Positions 27,935 through 40,971 of a stretch of DNA of 64,000 nt are shown here, piece after piece (position 1 is the first letter of the stretch; each line of letters opens with the position of its first letter). The translations under genes and the position numbers were made by a program. The stretch covers positions 72,726,001 to 72,790,000 of the forward strand of contig OX597822.1 of the NCBI GenBank assembly GCA_951406725.2, read 5' to 3'. The DNA is from Octopus vulgaris (taxonomy: Eukaryota). Under the pieces are notes generated by a model, which saw only the letters and a program-made list of their open reading frames with translations, was not told where the DNA came from and ran no database searches.

Positions 27935-28320
27935 GGCGCAGGAGTGGCTGTGTTGTAAGTAGCTTGCTTACCAACCACGTAGTCCTGGGTTCAACTGTCA
28001 CTCGGCGAAATAATTAAAATAATATTGTCTTCTACTATAACCTCAGGCTGATCAAAGCTTTGTGAGTGGATTTCGTAGCCTGAAACTGAAAGATGCCCGT
28101 CGTACATATATATATATATATATATATATGTCTGTCTCTCTGTGCGTATATGTTTGTCTGTCTGTTTATGTCCCACAACATCGCTTAATAACTGATGTTG
28201 GTGTGTTTACGTCCCCGTAACGTAGTGGGACTAAGCATACAAAATAATGAGTCATCGGTTCGATTTTCTAGACTAAAGGCGGTGCTCCGGCGTGGCTGCA
28301 GTCAAATGACAAATAAAAGA
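27935..28320 (+). mobile_element. SINE family A
   Basis: ggcgcaggagtggctgtgttgtaagtagcttgcttacc ... ggcggtgctcc..gcagtcaaatgac. Confidence 0.88.
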
Positions 28321-28349
28321 ATATATATGTGTGCGTGTGTGTGTGTTTG

Positions 28350-28592
28350 CTCCTTCTCGAGGCATGCCTGGCTCATAAGGGCCGGTTTCATCGGTGTATA
28401 GGTTCCCCCAGCCGGACAAGACGCCGGTCTCTCTCAGTAGAGCTGCTAGAGGCAGGAAGAGGGTGAGAGAAATTTATGACTAAAAAATCAGCAGAAGTAC
28501 ATCGTTACTTGCTGCTGAAGCTGTAGGGAGTTTATGTGTTTCGCACATAAACACACACATCGTCCGGTCGGAGATTCGAACCCGCGATCCCT
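28350..28592 (-). mobile_element. SINE family B-related copy with the alternative tail, head truncated
   Basis: gattcgaacccgcgatcc (B box, reverse); tail similar to the reverse complement of 24195-24290. Confidence 0.65.
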
Positions 28593-28845
28593 GTCTGTTG
28601 TGACTGTGTCACGAAGTGTCTCTAAGTCTCGTTATAAGATGACTACGTGTACACGTGACAAGACGTGACTGGTCGACGCAGCAGGGGCTTGCTGAGCAGC
28701 ATTGCGTAATTCTACAGTTTTGATATATGTTCACTTACGACGTTGTCACATTACAGACAGTCTTACAGTGTCAGCGACAGCACTGTACGTTATCGACGTA
28801 TCAAGTTATCACTTATCGTTATGGAAGGTGAAGATGCTCCATGTA

Positions 28846-29095
28846 GTACACTGGCTAGAGCCCAAGACACCCCACAAGAGACAACTCGCCGTCCTGGCCT
28901 GCACTCGGCTCAATGCTATAAACAGCCGGTCATATCCGACAAGGTATTCGTGACAGCTTCAACTAACCGAATTGTGACACCAATTTCAGCCATTTAAAAT
29001 ACTTCACGAATTTGATTAAGATTTGAGATTCTGGTCGGTGAAAATAAACATCTATAATAGCTAATTGAAATAAATGCCATAATATATAATATACG

Positions 29096-29161
<66 letters not shown>

Positions 29162-30051
29162 CTGTCATGATTAAGTCTGCACAGCCAAAGCAGCAGTCTT
29201 TAAGGAAATAACGAATAAACGAATTTAACAAATTCCGATCATCATTCCATCCCTCTTCATCGGTTATTTGTCTACCCCACCCAACGCGTCACCAATCAAG
29301 GTAGTGTCTCTATTTTGAAAAGTTTAATAACAAGGCTTTAAATTATAAGCAATATTTCCATGAATTTAGAACAGCCTAGTAACAAACGTTAAACTACAGT
29401 GTGTGTGATTTTTATCAGCAAAACACGGCTATAAGATACTGCAATCAAATGTCTTGCCTCCTTCCTACCCGCGAAAATTGTTCAAACCACTTGCTCACAA
29501 AACCCATTGAAACTTGCGTATTTTGTGTCCGATTATATATAGTGACGATGAATTATTTCCTCGTTGGTTTTAAATTGCCGCTAGCCACCTTGATTATTTT
29601 ATAATTCTAACGTTACCATTTTGTGAAATCAGTCACTGATGCCTATGGCATTATACATAATATTCACATCGTGAGTTGGCCTCTACCAGCTGTGATCAAG
29701 GGAGCATTACTAATGAGTGTTAATTTCCTATACGGAATTTGCATGCTCATCTAATCCATCTCGCTAACATGGGGAAGATGTTCATCTCTGTCAATACGAA
29801 AAGACCATATGCCTTTGTGGCTAAGGAGTCTACGACTCCTATTTCTGTCGGCCTACAGCAAGTCCTACCTGGGGATGACGGTACACTGGCTAGAGCCCAA
29901 GACAACTCGCCGTCCTGGCCTGCACTCGGCTCAATGGTCATATAAATCTGATTTCGTGACAGCTTCAACCAACCGAAGTGACACCAATTTCAGCCATAAA
30001 TATTTCACGAATTTGATTAAGATTTGAGATTCTGATCAGTGAAAATAAACA
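28846..30051 (+). repeat. Dispersed ~170-200-bp direct repeat pair (28846-29050 and 29881-30051), possibly 3' halves of two solo LTRs
   Basis: Shared gtacactggctagagcccaagac...aatttgattaagatttgagattctg...gaaaataaaca; upstream sequences differ. Confidence 0.7.
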
Positions 30052-30144
30052 CAATATAGCTCCACGTGCTTATTTTTAAAACACTTCTGCTCTACCATGT
30101 TATACTAAGTTACGCGACGTAAAGAAAAATATTCAGCGATTATT

Positions 30145-30460
30145 TCAGTCATTGGACCGCGCCCATGCTGGGGCACAGCGTTGAGTTTTTAGCCGAAATA
30201 AATCGACCCCAGTACTTCTTTATTTTTTAGGCTGACTGGACGATGAAGTTGAGAAGCAAATTTCTTACCACACAGTCACACACACACTCACAGACACAGA
30301 CACACACACACACACACACGACGGCGTTCCACAGAGTTTCCGTCTACGAAGTTCGCTGATAAGGCATTCGGCCTGGCCCAAAATGCCGTGCGATTGAACT
30401 AAACCCCCAACCAGGATTTTACGAAGCGAATTTCTTAACCATACAACCTTGTCTGCACCA
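30145..30460 (-). mobile_element. Degenerate SINE family A
   Basis: tttcagtcattggaccgcgcccatgctggggcac (reverse tail) and gtttccgtctac. Confidence 0.7.
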
Positions 30461-31059
30461 TCCCAACATAACTTATATTGATATGTCTGCGAACATAATT
30501 CTATCGTATTTTTTCCCTATCCTACTTAATATAATTGACTTTATTATTTCTGTCTAACTTATATCTATTCTATTATTAATGTTAAATGTAGCTGGGTCGC
30601 TAAATGAGTTTAAAAAACAATGTCGGAAACAAATATTTCGATAAAAAGAAAGCAAAACGAAACAATTGTATATTTTCTTAGTAATCATTGATAAAAGGAA
30701 GAAAAAACTTTCGAACTTCATAGATGAATAACTTTGTGAGATACATTAGCCTTGCACAAGTAAACAATCAATCAATTTCCAAAGTTGGTGGCGCCTAATT
30801 TGTCATTTCTTGTTTAAACTTTAGGTCAAATCCAGTTGAGTAGTCAATGGCTTAATGCATTCCTTACCGACCATTATTTCTTTAGCGGTGTAGGACTAAA
30901 TTATCTACTCTGTCCTTTAGACCAATGATTTGCAAAAGGGGTCCACATGACCTTTGGGGGCCGTATAAGACTTTGCTGTTAATTTTTATGTGCAATAAAT
31001 TGGTCATATTTCTGCAATAAACAAAATGTTTCTACAGTTTTCTTTTTTTTGTCTTTTGT

Positions 31060-31395
31060 CTCTTACTTGTTTCAGTCAAATATTGCGGTCATGCTGGGGC
31101 ATCGCCTCGAACATTTCATTCCAATAAATCGTCCCCAGTTCTTCGTTTTTAAGCCTTGTTCTTTTCCTATCAGTATCTTTGGCTGAATTGCTAAGTTAGG
31201 GAGACGCAAACACACACACAGACACAAATACAATGGGATTCTTTCAGTTTTTCGCCTACCAAATCCACTCACATGGCCTCCGTCGGCCCGAGCCAAAGTG
31301 GAAGGTGTTTCCCCGAGATGTCATGCAATAGGACTGAAACCAGAACCATATGGTTGGGAAGAAAACTTCTTTGCTACACAGCCGCTCCTAGGCCC
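31060..31395 (-). mobile_element. Degenerate SINE family A
   Basis: ttacttgtttcagtc...gcggtcatgctggggc...accaaatccactcaca...gaaccatatggttggg. Confidence 0.78.
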
Positions 31396-31758
31396 ATAGT
31401 TATGAAAATATAATAGAATTATTTTTAAACATCGAATAGGTATGAGTGTCCAGTACAGTAAAACAGGAATGAATAAGGCCTATAGGCCAAAAAGCCTTTT
31501 GAGAGATCCTGCTTTACACGCTAGGAGACTTGAAGATTTGGCTGCTATTACTAGCAGCTGGAGTAACCATTAAGAGATCTTCCTATTGGTAAATTTGATA
31601 TTAATTGGAAGTATTGCGGCAAGGAGAAATCTTTAAGGAGAAGAATTTGGTGTGGTTAAATATATTCTTGAGCATGACTCCATAAAAACCTTTTCAGTTG
31701 AGAGACTCTATTCTCTCAATATTTCTCTCTCTATCGCTATCACTCTTTCTTTCTGATA

Positions 31759-31801
<43 letters not shown>

Positions 31802-32469
31802 CACTGTGATCCCTATTGATCGTTTTTCTTTCTTCTCTTTTTCCTTTTTTCTTCTTCTTTCTTTTTTCTTTTGTTTCTTTTCCTTTTTTCTTTTTTCTTT
31901 TCTTTTGTTTCTTTCCTTTTTTTCTTCTTCTTTCTCTTTTGCGATCCCTTTTGACCGAAAACCTACCCCACTTTTTTCCCCCCAAAACAGAAAAGCTCTA
32001 CTTTGTAATCTGTCCCGCCTGTGTGCAGTTCTGTGTGGCTAATAAAGAAACATCTATATATGTGTGTGTGTGTGTGAGTGTGTGTGCGTACGTATACACG
32101 TAACATAACTTTCTCTCTGCCAAGTTTGCATATACATGGAAATTCGGTTTGAGTTTACACTCATCTAAGGAGTTCTAAACTCTGTTTCTTGTGGTGTGTG
32201 TTATAGTGGTTATTGTTTATAACCTTTGGCTTATATGCAGAAATTATCGTGGTGCGTTAGTCAACAAATACATCATCAAAGCAGTCAGTGTTTGTACATT
32301 ATATTATGATTGCTCTATCTTCACAGATGTCCACCGAGTCCTTGCGCTTCCTCGTTGTCAAGAATATTTATGACATCCTGTCCATGTCCTCTTAGCTAAC
32401 TATTAAGTCTCGTTGCAGATCTGCATTGGGGATAGACGCATGTTGTAATTTACCGTGCGTTAGCAACTA

Positions 32470-32666
32470 CAGAAATCCTCAATGACCGCAAGTGTTACGT
32501 TCCAAACCTCCACCGCGATAGGTGAAAATCCGCGAAGTAAAAACAGTAGTGTACTGTATATTTTTTTATTATTTTTATAAATACAAAACAACACAACGGA
32601 GAAATCGACGTAAGCCTAAATAATAAAACGCGATAAGTGAACCGCGATATGGCGGCGGATTAACTG
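32470..32666. mobile_element. pogo/Tigger-type MITE, second copy
   Basis: TA-cagaaatcctc...gttacgttccaaa...gtgaaaatccgcgaagta...cgcgatatggcggcggattaactg-TA; homologous to 7983-8197. Confidence 0.78.
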
Positions 32667-33814
32667 TAGTTAAGTGTGCACGAGTTGCCACTCTTCTATC
32701 ATCAAAGGACTTTTCAGTAGATGGAATGATTCGTGAGGCCACCACATAAATCGACATCTGTACATCTATGGACTATAGTGATAAATGGTTGTACAACAAA
32801 TGAGTACAACGCTAAATCTCCGCGGTTAGTACCTAGTGACAGGCTGAAGCGAGATGACCAGTATTTACGCGGAACCGCAGGTTTCAGATCAGAGTATCTG
32901 CCCGCTAAAAGGATATTGTGGTAACAAGAGGTCCCGCACTCTCATCCCAGTGATTTTACTGCAGAATCTTGAAGGAACCAATAGTTTTTCTGTGTCCCTC
33001 TCCTCATACACAGTGTCATCGCATATGCTAGTTAACGGGCAGGAATTACAGTTAAATATCACAATGCTGCTGTTTGTTATAGTAGCCTAACATATATTCA
33101 GAAATGAGTCTGTCAGGCGTTACTCGGAGTTTCTCGTCTTCCTTTCTTGGGAGAATAAACATCCAGTCATTTTTAACATTCGTGTTAAATATATAATGGG
33201 GGGGCGGTTTACTTTGGCTAGAACAACTGACAAAGTGGAACAATCGAGTGATCACCTGCATACGAATGAACTTGTACTTATGGGAGAGGTGGGGGCAAAG
33301 CAGGCAAGGAAAAAGGATGGGAATAAAACGACTGAAAAGAAAGGTGCAGTAAAAGTAAGATGAACGAGACATAGAACAGCTAAGAAGGAAAAGAAAAAGG
33401 AAGAAGAAAGACAAAGAAGAAGACAAAGGAGGGGGAGTAGGAATAGGAGGAAGAAGGGAGAGAAGGATGAGGGGAGGGCGAGAGAGAAGTGGTGCAGGAT
33501 GAGCAAATGCGGGAGGAGAAGGAAGAAGACGATGAGAAAGAAGATAAGGGAGAGAAAGAAGAGGCGCTGGAGGAGGATGGGAGACGGTGCAGGAAGAGAC
33601 GAAGAGGAGGAGGAGGATAGGGAAGAAGAAAAAGGAGGAGCAAAGGGAGAAAGAGCGATGTCGTAAAGGAGAGCAGTAAAATATAAAAGAGAAAAAAGCA
33701 AAACAACAACAAAGAAGGATAGGAAAATAAAGGGTAAAACAAGAATATATACATGATATATATCTAAATTGTGGCCCTCCGTCGGTTGCGACGACGAGGG
33801 TTCCAGTTGATTCC

Positions 33815-34389
33815 GATTAGATCGACTCCCAAAACGCGACTGGTACTTAATTTGTCAACCCCGAAAGGATGAATGGCAAAGTCGACCTCGGCAGAGTTGA
33901 GCTTAGAACGTAAAGACAGACGAAATAACGCGAAGCCTTTCACCCGGCGTGCTAAGGTTTCTGTCAGCTCACTGCTTTTTTAAGATATGTATATTCTTTT
34001 TTACTTTAGGCACACGGCCGAAATTTTGGAGGAGGAGGCCAGTCAATTAGATCGACACCAGTACGCAACTGGTACTTAATTTATCGACCCCGAAAGGATG
34101 AAAGGCAAAGTCGGCCTCGGCGGAATTTGAACTCAGAACGTAACGGCAGACGAAATACCTATTTCTTTACTACCCACAAGGGGCTAACCACAGAGAGGAC
34201 AAACAAGGACAGACAAACGGATTAAGTCGATTACATCGACCCAGTGTGTAACTGGTACTTGTTTAATCGACTCCGAGAGTATGAAAGGAAAAGTCGACCT
34301 CGGCGGAATTTAAACTCAGAACGCAAAGACAGATGAAATACGGCTACGCATTTCGCCCGGCGAGCTAACGTTTCTGCCAGTTCGCCGCC
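33815..34389 (-). mobile_element. Tandem/nested array of three SINE family C (Meta-domain-like) units
   Basis: Three repeats of ctggtactt..ttatcgaccccgaaaggatgaaaggcaaagtcgacctcggcggaatttgaactcagaacg; the minus strand gives a tRNA-like head ggcggcgaactggcagaaacgttagc and gtcgactttgcctttcatcctttcggggtcgataaa, which resembles the Meta central domain as I recall it. Confidence 0.88.
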
Positions 34390-36293
34390 TTTTTAAGATA
34401 TTTATATTACGAATAAACAGACTCCAAATAAGCTGATGTTGGTCTGTGTCGGAAAGACTTTATTATTTTGTAAATTCGGCAAAAAGTGTGCTATTGGATA
34501 TGGAGAATCCAATGTTTTGAACAAAGTCCTTTTCGGGCAAAAAGTTGACAGGAGAGCAAGTAAAAAAAGACAGTAGCATTTATATTAGCTGTATATCGTA
34601 GTACTGACAAGATTTTCTCATGGAGTTTTGTTAATGTCATTCTTGATTATATTATAAAATCAAAATCTTATCTTAAATACATATGCATCTCACTGTCCTG
34701 TTCTTGTTACTACTTTCACACACTGCAAAAAATCCCAAATTTTATTTAATCTGCTTTGCGGGAATGACTGTTTGAACGAAGTCGCCTCTTGTCCTTGCCT
34801 TCGCAACGTGGAGTAGTTGAAACAGGGTCAACTGAAGAAGGGGTATATTCTTTATGTTGTCTGTCTCGTTTTTTTTGTTTGTTTGTTTGTTTGTTTTTCG
34901 ATATTCGAAAAAAAAGTTCGTTTTTCTGTTTTTGTTTCTGTTTTCGTTTCTCATTGTGTTCAACATTTTTTGTTGTCCTGTACCCATATATGCATGGATA
35001 TATACATATATATGTAGGTATGTACATATATGTATGTATTTATGCATATATTTATATATTAATTATATTATTATATGATCGAACGCTAGGCATCCTTTTC
35101 CAAGTAAGTTTTATACATACGTATATATATATATATATATTCACACATACATATAAAAACTAAATTTTGATCTGTTTTCTTCTTAGAATATATGCTTATT
35201 AACTAACGGCTATCTCTTATTCACCATGTAGTTAACGGACGCATGTATTGTTCTAGCAAAGACAATATGAGACAACAAGTAAAAACCTCTTACAATTGAA
35301 GATTAAAGCGATCGAAATGCAGATGTAACTACTGGAAATTTACATTTTAAAACTGGGCTGGATAACCAAGACAGTTATAATCTCATAAACAATACAGAAT
35401 CAAAGTATTCACCATGCGTTTATATTTTGAAGCCTTCATAAAGAAAGTAAACCTGTTTATAATATCAAGCTTTTATTTTTTGCGTATTTGTTTTTGCAAC
35501 ACAGATGCATTAGTTTCTGCAACATAGAGAAGACGGGTGTTATAAAATTAATAAGCGTAGCCGACTTACCTTAAAGAAAATATGGCAGATTAAGACACAA
35601 CATCTGTTCAATTTGTACAATCCCGAATATCAGACCGACAGCAACCTAATCGTGTTGTTTCTCCTACAAAGAAATCCAGAAATGAAGATGTTGAAATAAA
35701 CCACAAGTTTTATCTGAGTGATAAAATGTCAGGAAATGTTATATTATTGCTTAATTGATTCAATACTTAGCTTAACACTTATAACAACAGGGGAAAAGAA
35801 GCTTGCCAACACGATCTTGAATACATTTAGACAAATACACATACGCATATATATGTACTTATTCATTTGTCAATATATGGGTTTATAACTTTGTGTGTGT
35901 GTGTGCATGTGTGAATGTAAATATATATATACTCATACACACATAAATATCTACCCATTATATAAATAGAAAAACGTATATATGCGAGTACATGTGAATA
36001 TACACGTGTATGTGCATATGCATAGTGTCTGTGTATGTATGTATGTATGTATGTATGTATGTATGTATGTATGTATGTATGTATGTATGTATGTATGTGT
36101 ATACTGACAAATTGACCGAGTTGTCCTGCAGTATTTGGTCCACATCTTTGCTTTTTGAGTTCAAATTTCTCCAACTAATCCTGGCTCTCTTGATTTGGAA
36201 ACGGGTTCCTCCTGACTTAGTCAATCATGATGGGCATCAAATATTGCAAGGAATAACGTTTCGATAAAACATGTGGCCCCAGCACAATGTAGA

Positions 36294-36363
<70 letters not shown>

Positions 36364-36364
<1 letters not shown>

Positions 36365-36469
36365 GAGGGGTGTATGAAAAGTCTTGAGCCTCAAAAAAAC
36401 CAACAAAACATGGTACAAGACTTCAAGGCAAAAAGACATTGAAGGCTCAAAATTATTCATACACCCCTC

Positions 36470-36470
<1 letters not shown>
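36364..36470. mobile_element. 107-bp mariner-type MITE
   Basis: ~28-bp TIRs cgaggggtgtatgaaaagtcttgagcct / aggctcaaaattattcatacacccctcg inside (TA)n. Confidence 0.85.
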
Positions 36471-36557
<87 letters not shown>

Positions 36558-36599
36558 CTGTCTATATGTGTGTACGTGTACTAAACCTGTTTCGATATG

Positions 36600-36704
<105 letters not shown>

Positions 36705-37339
36705 TCGTTTATACAGGCACATACAATATGTATTTGTATAAACACACAGACGCAGACATACGTGTCCGTGTGTATAATATTACGTATATACGATATTACT
36801 TGTGTGTTTACGCTTACTATAGATGTTTTTGTTTTACAGAATAACATTTCGATCCACTGTTGCTCAATTCAAGAGAGCAATATAACTGGCGTCTATCCTA
36901 AGATCTGAAGTTTGTTGATTGGAATATTATGCAAGTTCAGATGACGGATGTAAATTCAATGACCTAAGGTGGCATGAAGTAATTTCTATATTGTGCTATG
37001 AACTGGACAATGTTTTGGTGAGAAGCAAGTCTTTTCGCTAATAGATTTCCACAAATTTCCTATTGTACTTGGTGTTAACAGTCTGATCATTTCTTTCAGA
37101 ATTTTTAATTTTAATATTACGTGATATATTACAAATGCATTGAAGTAAGAAAGTAATGGCTGTCATTAGAGAATAGATTACCATAAAATAACAATATTTA
37201 ATATTTATTTATGTCCCAGTGTGAATGAGTGTCTATCGCTCAAGTTACTAAGTGCTTTAACATTGTTAATAAAGCTATATTTCTACTTGACATAAGCTGG
37301 GATTTCTTTTCAGGAACAAAGTGCAATTTTCTTTTATCG

Positions 37340-37790
37340 TTTGCTTGTTTCGATCATTAGACTACGGACATGCTGGGGCATTACCTTTAAGAAATTTTAA
37401 TGAAATAAACCGACGTCAATACCTATGTTATTTAAAGACTAGTATTTATTCCATCGGTTTTTTTTTGCCAACCGCTATATTGCGGGGACGTAAGGACGTA
37501 AGCACACCAGTATCGGTTGCCAAGTGGTTGCGAAGGACAAGCATAAACGCAAACATACATGTGCACACATATTCACACGCACACAAATACACACACACGC
37601 ATGCAGACGCACACATACATATGTATATATATACCGCGGGCTTCTTTCAGTTTCCGTCAACTAAACCCACATACAAGAGTTTGGTCGGACCGAAGCTAAG
37701 GTAGACGACACTTGCCCATGGTGTCACGCATTAGGATTGAATCCTGAATCATGTGGTTGAAAAGCAAGATTCTTCCACTCAGCCACACTT
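37340..37790 (-). mobile_element. Degenerate SINE family A
   Basis: catgctggggca...ggggacgtaa...gggcttctttcagtttccgtc...catgtggttg. Confidence 0.8.
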
Positions 37791-38884
37791 GAACAAATAT
37801 TATAACATTCATAAAGTACCAAATAACCATAGACTCTAAATAATTCTGCATATTCATTAGATTTCGTAAATATAGACGGCACATTTACGCATATACTAAA
37901 TTTTCATTATGGTTCAAATCCACTATAACTTAAGGTTAGGTGTACTTTTGGCAAGCCATCACTGAAGACACGACACCGTTCCATCTGTTTACTATTTACG
38001 AGACACGAATCTTTTATCTCCATCCGGTCTGGCACAACACCCTGTCCAGTGTGAGACTTTGGAGTGTTCTTCCCATTGCATACTATATTTAGGCTCGTCT
38101 CGAAATCGAACGTAACTTCTTCCATTCTGGATCTCTGAATAAGATCGTGGACCCTTCCGTTTCTACTCTGATTAATCTATGCATAATCAACTTTTCTATA
38201 GATTTAAGTATTAGAATTCCACTCACTGCCGCCTACTGATTTTACCTGATTATCGCAATGACATTTCTCCTGCTCTAACTCAGAGCTGTCCTTCTTCATT
38301 CGGATTTGTAACATTACTCTCATTACCACAATCCCAACAGTAATGTGTATTATGCCTCTCTTTACCCTACCAATGATATCTTGTCTCTGAAAACTTTGAG
38401 GAAGACAATATTTGTGCTCTTAATATTAACAATATATATTCCACTGTATCTGATATCAGAACCCTCAAGCTAACTTTCTGGCCTATTGACTGCATATCTC
38501 GCTCACTGCCAACTCTTTGATTATCAACCCACCGTAGCATGGTCCGTTGAATTTCACTCCGGCCTATAATGTTGTACCCTACTGCATAATCCAGGTAGGT
38601 TATAATTACCTAATCACATCACTTTTAACATACATCACTCCAACAGAAACCATAATATTCTTTTCTCCGTCTGAATGGCTCCAACACACGCTTCCCCAAC
38701 TTATCGCACTCGACGGGAACAACCTCCATAAATAAAGATCTTGAAAATATTTTCTAATTAGGAGTTATTAATATAGTTTTTTTTCTCAAACGCATGATAC
38801 ACTCCCTAAATATAAGGAAAATCTTCCTTTCTATTACAACTCTTCATCAATACGTAATTCTTTTCTACTCTGTTCTTCTCTTTT

Positions 38885-39172
38885 CTACTCTAGGCACAAG
38901 GCCCGAAATTTTGGTGGGAGGGACCCAGTCGATTAGATCAACCCCAGTTGATCCGATCAATGGAACAGCCTGCTCGTGAAATTAACGTGCAAGTGACTGA
39001 GCACTCCACAGACACGTGTACTCTTAACGTAGTTAAGAATACAGTAGAGTTCGCCCCCCTCCTGTGAAGCTTTAAGTGTTTTCGCACAATAAACACGCAC
39101 AATGCCCGATCTGGGAATCGAAACCGCGATCCTACAACCGCGTCACCGCTGCTCTAACCAATGTGCCTCCAC
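38885..39172 (-). mobile_element. SINE family C tail fused to an internally deleted family B copy
   Basis: ggcacaaggcccgaaattttgg...gattagatcaaccccag joined to ttgatccgatcaatggaacagcctgctcgtg...gggaatcgaaaccgcgatcc. Confidence 0.8.
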
Positions 39173-40244
39173 TATTTTTAAGTGTGTAGAATGTATCTAA
39201 GACATTCATCCTTCAGTTCTTAAATATATTGACCTATCATCATATCCAAGCTTTTATACAGTACAAGTTTAGACAAATCACTTTTGTAAGACAGTTTATA
39301 TACGTGAATAAAGATAAAGAAGTTTGTATGAATAAATTCGTCCGCACACAATTTTTATGTGGATTCAGTACAAGACTTGAGATATAATACAAAATGGGCT
39401 AATAAATGCATAATCAGTGAGATACATAACTTCATGGAGTCTTAGATAAATGGTGAATATACTTTAGCATGCAAGATATAATTTTATGTCTGCTTGCTTC
39501 GATTCTGAGGAACAATACGATTGTGAGATATTCTCGAATGTTAAATATCAATGAAATATATCTCTAACGATTGCGTATGGCGAGCAAGGCCCACCAACAT
39601 ATAAGGTGTCGGTTGGTTATTTATAATTGTTTTAGGTTTCAGTCCCGAGGTAATTAAAATTTAACTGCATTACTAATACCTTATGAAAGTACATGAACCT
39701 ACCCCTCTTAGAAACTTTTCTTATTACATACGTATTTTGTACTTATAGCGTCTGTGTGGTGGTCATGTTCTTATTTGAATAGTCATCAAAAACTCAATAG
39801 ATCTGTTTGTTTCGGATATAACTTTTAATCTCTATGGATTTACCAATATCTTACACTTCCTTTCCAAAAATAAAAATTTTGTACTGAAATTAGTTTGAAC
39901 TTCTAGCTTCTAGGAACCGTAGTCACAGTAGTAGCTCTTTTTCATTTGGCTATATCGTAAATAGAGGGTAATTCGCCTTATTGTATAACAATGTATTGTA
40001 CTTATTTGTATAAACACTATCCAAACATGTCAATCGTAATTGATACAAATCGACTGAATGCGGGTCGTCGAATCGACAAACAATGTGGTTATCATTTAGA
40101 CTAGCGTTCTGATTTAAATTAGAAGGCCAGAAATAAAGAAATATAATTAATGATAATTTTTGAGTAAAGTGATCTGCAAGCAGTTCATATTTACTTAGAA
40201 TGTATATCACCTTGTATTATTTTGTACAGAGTAATATATAGTGA

Positions 40245-40560
40245 AGCTTAGTGCATAGCGCAATCGCATTACGATCGTATGGTCGTGAGTTCAATTCCCG
40301 ATGGCGCGTTGTCTCGTTCAGGAATACAACTTATTTCACGGTGATCCAGCCCACTAAGTTGGCAAAAATGAGCTGCACTTGTAATTGAAATGCCCATCCT
40401 TGCCACATTTGCTGTCACGCTGAATCTCCCTGCGTGTTACGTTAAGGGTACGCGTGTCTGTGGAGTACTCAGCCACTTGTACGTTAATTTCACATGCAGG
40501 CTGTTGCGTTGATTGGATTAACGAGAACCCTCATCACCGTAACCGACGGAATGCCACATA
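40245..40560 (+). mobile_element. tRNA-SINE with CORE-like body and the same tail as 4199-4400
   Basis: B box gagttcaattccc; ttatttcacgg..ccagcccactaagttggcaaaaatgag; tail gtctgtggagtactcagccacttgtacgttaatttcac...accgacgga. Confidence 0.78.
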
Positions 40561-40956
40561 TGACTTTAAAGAAGGCTGTGGAAGTTCCATCAATCTGCTG
40601 TGCTGTGTTCATTTGGCCTTGTTCGTATGATCTACACTGATGTACGTAATTAGCCTCATTTATGCATGCCATTTTTTTTCTTGACAGCAGCCATTTTCAT
40701 CTCTCATAAAAGAGTAAAATACATTTCAAGTAATACTTCTTGAAAGAACGCAGAGGGATATATATATATATATTTCCAAATTAGTTTCAGAAATTGCGGT
40801 GTATTTTATGATATCTAAGGATATCTGCTTATAGTTTTCGTTCGATACCGACAGTAATTATGAGAACAACAATAAAAAACAAACAAACATCAAAGATAAT
40901 AAGAAATCCAAATGACAAAAGGAAGATTGTTATCAATATATTATGTTTTCTTCGTT

Positions 40957-40971
40957 GGCGCCACCTAGTGG
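40957..40971 (-). promoter_or_regulatory. Candidate CTCF core motif
   Basis: Minus strand CCACTAGGTGGCGCC matches the CTCF consensus CCASYAGRKGGCRS; motif match only. Confidence 0.35.

Noticed and set aside
33290-33740. Purine-rich stretch giving long minus-strand ORFs (likewise pyrimidine-rich 14850-15600)
   Set aside because: Degenerate (GAA/GGA)n-type low-complexity sequence.
33815-34389. Repeated ~70-bp units resembling a CRISPR or structured array
   Set aside because: Eukaryotic context; the units are tandem SINE family C copies found dispersed elsewhere in the window.
37900-38750. Possible decayed LINE coding sequence on the minus strand
   Set aside because: Composition is suggestive but I could not identify diagnostic motifs.
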